5,533 nucleotides of DNA from an archaeon (GCA_041677685.1 JBAYPN010000038.1:1-5533); one strand, 5' to 3'. Positions 1 through 5,198 are shown, counted from the first letter of the stretch. Notes: generated by a model from the letters alone, not told the origin. Made by a program: numbers and translations.

Positions 1-104
1 AAATTTAAGTTATAATAATTTTGACTAGTTTTTTTAAAAAATTTTTCAATTGTGTTGTATAAACATTTAAGTTACAAAAAATTTAATTTCGTTCTAAATT
101 GATA

Positions 105-114
105 GCAATATATA
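105..114 (+). promoter_or_regulatory. Candidate archaeal TATA box for the RNase HII gene (leaderless or near-leaderless mRNA)
   Basis: The element caatatatac is centred about 27 nt upstream of the ATG at 137. There is no purine-rich Shine-Dalgarno-like element between it and the ATG, which fits a leaderless archaeal transcript. TATA-like strings are common by chance in DNA this AT-rich. Confidence 0.3.
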
Positions 115-136
115 CTTTTCTCTACATATATACTAT

Positions 137-847
137 ATGCTAACAAACAATTTATCTGGAGTTGACGAAGCAGGAAGAGGTTGTGTTCTTGGTCCAATGG
201 TTCTTGCAATTTGTACAATTTCAAAAGAAAAAGAAGATTTTTTTAAAAAGATCGGTGTTACAGATTCAAAACTTGTAAATAAACCAAAAAGAGAAAAATT
301 ATTTGAAATTATTAAAAAAGAAGCCATAGAGTATAAGATAATTGCAATTCCTGCAGAGGAACTTAATGTTTTGATGAATAATTTTTCACTAAATGAAATT
401 GAGGCTCAAAAGACAGCAGAGTTAATACTTTCTTTAAAAAAAGAAACTTTAAAAGTTGTTCTTGATTGTCCTGACACTACTGTTAGTAAATATAAAACAA
501 GAATTGTTAATAACATAAGTCTTCTTGAAAAAAACAATCTAAACAAATTTACAAATAAAAAAATAGAGATCATCTCTGAACATAAGGCAGACCTAAACTA
601 CCTTTGTGCAGGTTGTGCATCAATCTTAGCAAAGGTAACAAGAGATAGGTTGTTGTCTGAACTTTTAGGTGGAAGTGATCTGTCAGGGTACTCTTCAGAT
701 CCAAAAACCATAACTTATCTTAAAAATTATATTTTAGAAAATAAAAAGGTTCCAAGCTTTACAAGAACCAAATGGAAGACTGTAGATAACATTTTTAAAG
801 AATTAAATCAAAAGAAAATAGGGTGGTTTAATGAACAAGAAAGATGA
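137..847 (+). CDS. rnhB: Ribonuclease HII (type 2 RNase H, archaeal/eukaryotic-like)
   Basis: 236-aa ORF. The N-terminal GVDEAGRGCVLGPMV matches the type 2 RNase H catalytic D-E motif (G-I/V-D-E-A-G-R-G-x-V-I/L-G-P-M-V). The motifs GVTDSK, DCPD and EHKAD follow. The C-terminal SGYSSDPKT resembles the GSGYPSDPxT motif typical of archaeal RNase HII rather than bacterial RnhB. The length is also typical of the archaeal enzyme. Confidence 0.9.
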   Translation: MLTNNLSGVDEAGRGCVLGPMVLAICTISKEKEDFFKKIGVTDSKLVNKPKREKLFEIIKKEAIEYKIIAIPAEELNVLMNNFSLNEIEAQKTAELILSLKKETLKVVLDCPDTTVSKYKTRIVNNISLLEKNNLNKFTNKKIEIISEHKADLNYLCAGCASILAKVTRDRLLSELLGGSDLSGYSSDPKTITYLKNYILENKKVPSFTRTKWKTVDNIFKELNQKKIGWFNEQER

Positions 848-1223
848 AAAGATAGATTTAAAGAATTTAGATTTAATTATTAAGAAGATATTCTCAGAAA
901 TTATGTCTAAGAAGATAAACTTAGATAAACCACTAAGTGTAAATATACAATTTGTTGAAAATGAAAATCATATAGACTCTTATGAAGACTTAGAAAACAT
1001 TATTGTTGACAAAGACAATCTTTATTTAACACTCTACACCCCCTTTAATCTAAATGAACTTAGGTTTGATGTTCTAGAAGAACAAAGAAAGTTAGTTATT
1101 AAAAGTTATGATTATCAATTTTATAAAGAAATACTTTTAGATGTTTTTGTTCTTAAAAATAGCTTAGAAACAACTTTTAGAAATAATATTTTAGAAATCA
1201 AATTAAAAATTAAAAATATTTAA
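831..1223 (+). CDS. Small alpha-crystallin-domain (Hsp20-like) protein, divergent and minimal
   Basis: 130-aa ORF. Its ATG lies 4 nt downstream of GGGTGG (821-826, SD-like) and overlaps the rnhB 3' end by 17 nt. The C-terminal 70 aa (NIIVDKDNLYLTLYTPFNLNELRFDVLEEQRKLVIKSYDYQFYKEILLDVFVLKNSLETTFRNNILEIKLKIK) follow the alpha-crystallin-domain pattern: D-x-x-E-x-D-x-x-Y, then a beta-strand pair, E-x-I-x-V, L-x-I, Y-x-x-E-I-x-L, and A-x-F/Y-x-N-G-V/I-L-E-I-x-L-P-K. The match is by eye only, and the usual PG and LPK residues are substituted. Confidence 0.5.
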   Translation: MNKKDEKIDLKNLDLIIKKIFSEIMSKKINLDKPLSVNIQFVENENHIDSYEDLENIIVDKDNLYLTLYTPFNLNELRFDVLEEQRKLVIKSYDYQFYKEILLDVFVLKNSLETTFRNNILEIKLKIKNI

Positions 1224-2289
1224 ATAACTTTTCAAAAAAGAAAGCACTTTTTTTAATTACAAATTTTTTATAGTCCTTTCTGTTTGGAGAAAATCTCTCT
1301 TTTAGTTTCTGCCTTGCTTTTTTTAGTTTTTCTTTAGGACCAAAGAAAGTTATCATGTTCTCGTAGGTTATTAAAAAGGAGGTGTGCTCTATGGAAAATA
1401 AGCTATTGATTCTTGAGAAGGGACCAAATTCAAGGGTAAGCTCTACACTTTTTTCTGCTTTTGAGTTTTCAAGGAATAGTTTGTCATTTCCTCCTATGTA
1501 ATCCATGCCTCTTTTTGTTTTTGTGTCTTTTAGGTAGGTATTTTTATTTACTTTTTTTAGTTTTCTTTTATATTCTTTATTTCTTGTATAGATGTTAAGG
1601 GTGTTTCTTTTTGCTGTGCCTGTGTGTAGATCTATAAAGATTACCTCTTTATAGTCTTTGGTTATCTTTTTAATAATTGATTCAAGGTATTTGGTTTCTT
1701 CTTCCTTTTTTGCACCACAATAAGCAACTGTGTTAGGGTAGATGTTTTGTCCTTTTGATGTTGCTCTAATAACTCTTGAGGTTCCAATTTTAATTATTGT
1801 TTTAAAAATATAATAATAATGTAAAAGTTGTTCTGTAAAGTAGGATTTTGCAGGTCTTTGGGGAGACATCATATGTCTATGTTTTTCAATATCGCTTATT
1901 GTTCTTTTATCTAAGTCTATGTTTTCAAAATTATTTATATAATTTCTATTTAGGTCAACATTGTTGTGATTATATCTTCTTAGGTGTCTCATGCCATAAG
2001 GGTTTAGGGAATGGACAAGAGCAATTGAGGTGTGTTCTTTTATTTTTGGAAATATTTTTTTTAAAAAGAGCAGTTGTACAGCTGAACCAGTAAAGCCCTC
2101 TACCCCGTGAGTTCCAGAAACTAGAATTAATAGTTTTTCTTTTTTTTGTGTTTCTAAAAATGCAAAGTCAATTGTTAGATCATCAATTATCTTTTTACTT
2201 TCTAGTTTCAGATTATTTTTAAGAGAAAGTTTTCTAAACTTTTGTCTTGCTTGATAATAATTTTTAGAAAAATATTTTTCGTATTCCAT
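1210..2289 (-). CDS. DUF2817-family M14-like zinc metallocarboxypeptidase / amidohydrolase
   Basis: 359-aa ORF.
- The N-terminal YFSKNYYQARQKF, SGTHGVEGFTGSAVQ and NPYGMRHLRRYNHNNVDLNRNY match the DUF2817 signature.
- The M14 zinc triad is present: HxxE (H61/E64, codons 2098-2109) plus H222 in IDLHTG.
- The NRN carboxylate-binding arginine is present (VDLNRNY).
- A candidate general-base Glu is present in LTLEFG (E287, codon 1429-1431), analogous to TFELR of carboxypeptidase A.
- There is no SD upstream of its ATG. The start is 3 nt after the stop of the small ORF. Confidence 0.85.
   Translation of the reverse strand: MEYEKYFSKNYYQARQKFRKLSLKNNLKLESKKIIDDLTIDFAFLETQKKEKLLILVSGTHGVEGFTGSAVQLLFLKKIFPKIKEHTSIALVHSLNPYGMRHLRRYNHNNVDLNRNYINNFENIDLDKRTISDIEKHRHMMSPQRPAKSYFTEQLLHYYYIFKTIIKIGTSRVIRATSKGQNIYPNTVAYCGAKKEEETKYLESIIKKITKDYKEVIFIDLHTGTAKRNTLNIYTRNKEYKRKLKKVNKNTYLKDTKTKRGMDYIGGNDKLFLENSKAEKSVELTLEFGPFSRINSLFSIEHTSFLITYENMITFFGPKEKLKKARQKLKERFSPNRKDYKKFVIKKSAFFFEKLFKYF
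1248..1254 (+). terminator. Possible archaeal oligo-T terminator for the rnhB/ACD-like transcript
   Basis: A T7 run lies 25 nt downstream of the stop at 1221-1223. It is preceded by an A/T-only inverted repeat: aaaaaag (1234-1240) and ctttttt (1247-1253). It sits inside the 3' coding end of the convergent M14-like gene. The evidence is weak in this composition. Confidence 0.2.
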
Positions 2290-2292
2290 AAT

Positions 2293-2406
2293 TTATTTTT
2301 TAGATTTGTTAAGTCTATGTATTTCTTCTTGTCTTTTTTCTTTTGCTTTTTGTTTTTTGTTTCCTGGTTTTTTAATTATTCTTAATGGTCTAAAAGGTGG
2401 ACTCAT
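2293..2406 (-). CDS. Unannotated small ORF encoding a 37-aa highly basic peptide (MSPPFRPLRIIKKPGNKKQKAKEKRQEEIHRLNKSKK)
   Basis: Hand-translated on the minus strand: ATG at 2406-2404 and TAA at 2295-2293. A canonical SD, AGGAGTG (2414-2420), lies 7 nt upstream of the ATG. The ORF fills the GH3-M14 gap almost completely, with 18 nt after the GH3 stop and 3 nt before the M14 ATG. The peptide has 10 Lys, 4 Arg and 3 Glu. Caveat: Lys-rich short ORFs arise easily in A/T-rich DNA, and I recognise no homologue. Confidence 0.45.
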   Translation of the reverse strand: MSPPFRPLRIIKKPGNKKQKAKEKRQEEIHRLNKSKK

Positions 2407-2413
2407 ATTTTCA

Positions 2414-2420
2414 CACTCCT
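2414..2420 (-). promoter_or_regulatory. Shine-Dalgarno site (AGGAGTG) serving the 37-codon ORF
   Basis: The plus-strand cactcct is AGGAGTG on the minus strand, with a 7-nt spacer to the ATG at 2406. It is complementary to the conserved CCUCC-containing 3' end of 16S rRNA. It is the strongest SD-like element I can see in the window. Confidence 0.55.
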
Positions 2421-2424
2421 GTTT

Positions 2425-4053
2425 TTAATCAATTGTTTTTTCTATCTCAAAATTGTCTCTAAATTTTGATTCTTTGTTTATGTTGATTGGTTTAGGGTTT
2501 CCTGAACCAACAACTCTTTTTTTATTAAATGCATCATAACTTCCTTTTTTAAGAACAGAGATTACTGGGTAATCCATTCTCCCAAACTCGTTTCTCATCT
2601 GCATATAATCATTTATATTTTTTTGAAGATTTTGATCAATCTTTGTTTGAAAGTCTTTAATTTTTTCTAAGCTAACTTTTTCTTCAAGATCTAAAAGAAT
2701 TTCATATCTTGGTTTTTTTGAAAGGTCTTTTAGGTATGGTATTATTGTGTAGTGTTTAATTTTTAAATTTAAGTCTTTAATTGTTTTTTCCATAACCTTT
2801 ACAAGCTCAGTTTCAGGTGCAAGTTCTCCTGCAATATTCAAGAAATTATCTCTATTGTAGAATTTAATTAATGGAACTTTTTTCATAAACCCTGTAACTT
2901 TAATAACATCTCCAATATCATACCTGTAGAGTCCTTCTTGAGTAGTCATTAGCACCCTATATTTTCTATTAAGTTTAAGCTTTTCAATTGTAACTATTTC
3001 TTTTTTATCTTTATCCACATCTATAAATTCAAAAAAGGTAGTGTTAAGTGGTAAGACTCCTGAAACCTTATCCTTTCCAATTCCAATTGAGAGTCTTCCT
3101 TCTGAGGCATTAATTCCTGGGTCTCTGACTTCTATTTTCTTTCCGATTTTTGAAAGTAAGGTGTTAATATACATTTCGTTTGTTTTTGATTTAAAGCAAC
3201 TAACAAGACCTATGTTTGGCCAAATGTCAATTGGTTTAAAGTCTTTTAAAGATTTTAAGTATTCTGCTCTTTTTGGATTTTTTCTTTTAATTATTTTAAT
3301 TAAGGTATCTTTATGTTCTTTGATATAGTCAAAGAATAGAATAGCTTCAATTGGTGCAGTAAAAGCTACTTGTGTAATATTTTCTTGAAGTGCTGAGATT
3401 GCCATTTTTTTTATTTTCTTATTAAAATTAAATTCATTAAATATTTTTACATTTGTTGCAATTTTTGATTTTACCCACCAAGGAGACTTGTAGGCAAGGT
3501 ATCCTGAGATACTTCCATATGGAGTTTTACCTTTTGTCTTACCTTCAAAATATGGTCCTGCAAAGTAAAGGGTTTTTCCTGAAGCAACTGACACATAATC
3601 TTTTAGAACATAGATTGCCCATAATGCAAATTCTTTATTATAATTTTTAATTCTTTGTTTTGTAATTGGAATTAATTTAATTTTATTTGTTGTTCCTGAA
3701 GTTGAGGCAAAGTAGACAACTTTATCTTTTGTAAGGATATTTTGTTCTCCATTTTTTAATCTTTCAATTTCTTGGTCAATGTCTGAAAATTTTATGATCG
3801 GTACATATTTTTGGAATTTTTCAATTGAGTTGACATGTTTAAAATTATATTTTACACCATACTCTGTATTTTTATTTCTTTTTAGAATCTTTAAAAGAAT
3901 TTTCTTTTGGACAAACAGAGGGTTAATGAGTGCATCTTGAAAGTCAACAATTTGTTTGATTTGGTTAAGAATATATTTATAGTTGACAATATTTTCTTTA
4001 ATTTTAGAACTTGTTTCTTTTCTTAGTTTTTTAATCTTTTGAGTAGTGTTCAT
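2425..4053 (-). CDS. GH3-family acyl-acid amido synthetase (ANL-superfamily adenylate-forming enzyme; Pfam GH3 PF03321-like)
   Basis: 542-aa ORF carrying all three GH3/ANL adenylation motifs:
- FASTSGTTNKIKLIP (motif 1, STSGTT at 3688-3705);
- INASEG (motif 2);
- GLYRYDIGDVIKVTGF (motif 3, YRYDIGD at 2908-2928), followed by PLIKFYNRDNFLNIAGELAPETEL.

The N-terminal region TEYGVKYNF...EKFQKYVPIIKFSDI...ERLKNGEQNIL also matches the prokaryotic GH3 N-terminus. There is no SD before the ATG, and a TATA-like box lies about 24 nt upstream. Confidence 0.9.
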   Translation of the reverse strand: MNTTQKIKKLRKETSSKIKENIVNYKYILNQIKQIVDFQDALINPLFVQKKILLKILKRNKNTEYGVKYNFKHVNSIEKFQKYVPIIKFSDIDQEIERLKNGEQNILTKDKVVYFASTSGTTNKIKLIPITKQRIKNYNKEFALWAIYVLKDYVSVASGKTLYFAGPYFEGKTKGKTPYGSISGYLAYKSPWWVKSKIATNVKIFNEFNFNKKIKKMAISALQENITQVAFTAPIEAILFFDYIKEHKDTLIKIIKRKNPKRAEYLKSLKDFKPIDIWPNIGLVSCFKSKTNEMYINTLLSKIGKKIEVRDPGINASEGRLSIGIGKDKVSGVLPLNTTFFEFIDVDKDKKEIVTIEKLKLNRKYRVLMTTQEGLYRYDIGDVIKVTGFMKKVPLIKFYNRDNFLNIAGELAPETELVKVMEKTIKDLNLKIKHYTIIPYLKDLSKKPRYEILLDLEEKVSLEKIKDFQTKIDQNLQKNINDYMQMRNEFGRMDYPVISVLKKGSYDAFNKKRVVGSGNPKPININKESKFRDNFEIEKTID

Positions 4054-4072
4054 ATGTTTTTTTGTTTTTTCT

Positions 4073-4080
4073 TATTTAAA
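4073..4080 (-). promoter_or_regulatory. Candidate archaeal TATA box (TTTAAATA) for a GH3 / small ORF / M14 transcript
   Basis: The plus-strand tatttaaa is TTTAAATA on the minus strand, matching the archaeal TTTAWATA consensus. It is centred about 24 nt upstream of the GH3 ATG (4053). The intervening sequence, aagaaaaaacaaaaaaacat, has no SD, which suggests a leaderless mRNA. Confidence 0.35.
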
Positions 4081-4165
4081 AATAATATATAAGATAAGTT
4101 TTATATATGGTAGTTTATTTCTTTTTAAGATTAAGCTTCTTTAATAAAAAGTATTTTTTTAAACA

Positions 4166-5098
4166 TCAAACTTTTAAAAGTTCACAAGCCTTACAGATTT
4201 GAGAGCTTGTTTCTGTTCCGCAGATTTTACATTTTCTAATTTCTTTTGTTTTAATTTTTGAAAGGATTTCTTTAGTCTTAACCAAGTCTTTAATACTTAA
4301 AAAACTTTTAACTAATGAAAATTTAGAGCCAGGGTGAATAACCTCTGTCTCATTTAAGAAATTTCTAAATTGATTTCTTTTAGCTCCTCTAAAGAAAGGA
4401 CAATTACAATGATGGAAGGGGATGTTATTGTAAAGAGCATAGGCAGCAATTTCTTTTTCAGGAGTTAGGTAGAAAGGCTTGATTCTTGGCTTTGTTTCTT
4501 TCATCCTAATTATTCCTACTTTTGGTCCTGTTCTAAAAAATCTTGTAAGGTCGTTATCCATAAGGTTCATTAAAATTGTTTGACATTCATCATCAAGATT
4601 ATGTCCAGTTGCAACTTTTGTAACTCCTTTTATGTTTGCTAACTTATTAATTGTTTGTCTTCTCATAACCCCACAGTAGGTGCAGACAGAACCTTCTTTT
4701 TTATTATATTCTTTTGCAACATCTGCAGTTGACTTTCCAAACTCATTTTCATGGGAACTTTCCAGCAACTTTATTTGGTTTTCCTTACAAAAGTTAACAA
4801 CAACTTCTTTAGTTTTATTTGAGTAATCAGGAGTCCCTTCATCTACAAAGATTGCACAAAAGTTAAGTCTTTTACTTTTAAAGATTTTATTTACAAGATA
4901 AAGAAGAACCATAGAATCTTTTCCCCCAGAAGTAGCCACACCTAAGAGATCTTTATTTTCAATCAACTTAAATTGTCTTATTGTCTTTTTAAATCTTTTT
5001 TCAAAAAAATAATTAAAGTGATCTTTACAAAAGTTATGTTTTCCATATGCTAAATAGATTATTGCATTCTTTTTACAGTTGTCACATTTAATTGCCAT
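4166..5098 (-). CDS. ttuA: TtuA/NcsA (Ncs6/Ctu1)-family PP-loop tRNA 2-thiouridine synthetase
   Basis: 310-aa ORF.
- The PP-loop SGGKDS is at 4913-4930.
- The N-terminal zinc ribbon is CDNC...CKDH.
- Candidate Fe-S ligands are CTYCG and HHCNCPF.
- The GHNLDDE motif is present.
- The C-terminal zinc ribbon is CKICG...CKAC.

This domain order is diagnostic for the TtuA/Ncs6 clade. I cannot decide between s2T54 (TtuA) and s2U34 (NcsA) specificity from the sequence, so the symbol is provisional. Confidence 0.8.
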   Translation of the reverse strand: MAIKCDNCKKNAIIYLAYGKHNFCKDHFNYFFEKRFKKTIRQFKLIENKDLLGVATSGGKDSMVLLYLVNKIFKSKRLNFCAIFVDEGTPDYSNKTKEVVVNFCKENQIKLLESSHENEFGKSTADVAKEYNKKEGSVCTYCGVMRRQTINKLANIKGVTKVATGHNLDDECQTILMNLMDNDLTRFFRTGPKVGIIRMKETKPRIKPFYLTPEKEIAAYALYNNIPFHHCNCPFFRGAKRNQFRNFLNETEVIHPGSKFSLVKSFLSIKDLVKTKEILSKIKTKEIRKCKICGTETSSQICKACELLKV

Positions 5099-5138
5099 AA
5101 ATTTTAGTTCCTTTTAATTTTTTTTTAATTTTTTATTG

Positions 5139-5146
5139 TATATAAA
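5139..5146 (-). promoter_or_regulatory. Candidate TATA box (TTTATATA) for the tRNA thiolase gene
   Basis: The plus-strand tatataaa is TTTATATA on the minus strand, centred about 44 nt upstream of the ATG at 5098. This would give a short leader containing a weak AAGGA (5109-5113). Many alternative TATA-like strings lie nearby. Confidence 0.25.
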
Positions 5147-5167
5147 GTATATTTCTAATTTTATAAA

Positions 5168-5198
5168 TTGTGCAACATGTTAAAAACATGTCACACAA
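5168..5198. repeat. Imperfect inverted repeat / palindromic candidate operator
   Basis: The arms are ttgtgcaacatgt (5168-5180) and acatgtcacacaa (5186-5198), separated by taaaa. They are complementary at 10 of 13 positions. Each arm contains the self-palindromic ACATGT, and the outer TTGTG/CACAA arms pair. It is the most G/C-containing structured element in the 401-nt intergenic region. Confidence 0.45.

Noticed and set aside
3-74. 10-bp direct repeat ATTTAAGTTA at 3-12 and 65-74 upstream of rnhB
   Set aside because: It is real in the sequence, but it is short, A/T-only apart from one G, and has only two copies. That is insufficient to call a regulatory or mobile-element repeat. The left copy is also at the window edge, so its context is missing.
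133-327. 64-aa minus-strand ORF overlapping the start of rnhB
   Set aside because: It is antisense to a confidently identified RNase HII N-terminus. Its F/L/S/I-rich, low-complexity composition is what is expected from reading Lys/Glu-rich AT-rich coding DNA backwards. It has no SD or recognisable motif.
372-377. TGATGA string resembling a C box of an archaeal C/D box sRNA
   Set aside because: It lies inside the rnhB coding sequence (LMNN codons). The nearest CTGA lies roughly 90 nt downstream, too far for a typical 50-60 nt archaeal C/D sRNA. There are no C'/D' boxes or terminal stem.
1848-2093. 81-aa plus-strand ORF inside the M14-like gene
   Set aside because: It is a shadow ORF antisense to the conserved DUF2817 core, which includes the NPYG...DLNRN region. 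It has hydrophobic, low-complexity composition and no start context.
2287-2427. Possibility that TAA is reassigned to a sense codon (alternative genetic code), making GH3, linker and M14 one protein
   Set aside because: Under the standard code, GH3 (542 aa) and the DUF2817 protein (359 aa) both have the normal lengths and normal N- and C-termini for their families. TAA also ends the ACD-like and M14 ORFs at sensible positions, and no long ORF in the window appears broken by TAA. Occasional readthrough remains possible and is reported as a finding, but wholesale recoding is not supported.
3041-3328. 95-aa plus-strand ORF inside the GH3 gene
   Set aside because: It is antisense to a conserved GH3 segment (the ASEG motif region). 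Its composition is typical of an antisense frame, and I recognise no motif.
3453-3650. 65-aa plus-strand ORF inside the GH3 gene
   Set aside because: It is antisense to the GH3 coding sequence, with no motif or ribosome-binding site. It is most simply a chance open frame.
4115-4150. Apparent hairpin around the AAGCTT palindrome between the thiolase stop and the GH3 promoter
   Set aside because: When paired from the centre, only about 3 bp match before mismatches begin. It is not a convincing stem. Termination here is more plausibly due to the minus-strand T runs, which are themselves not distinctive.
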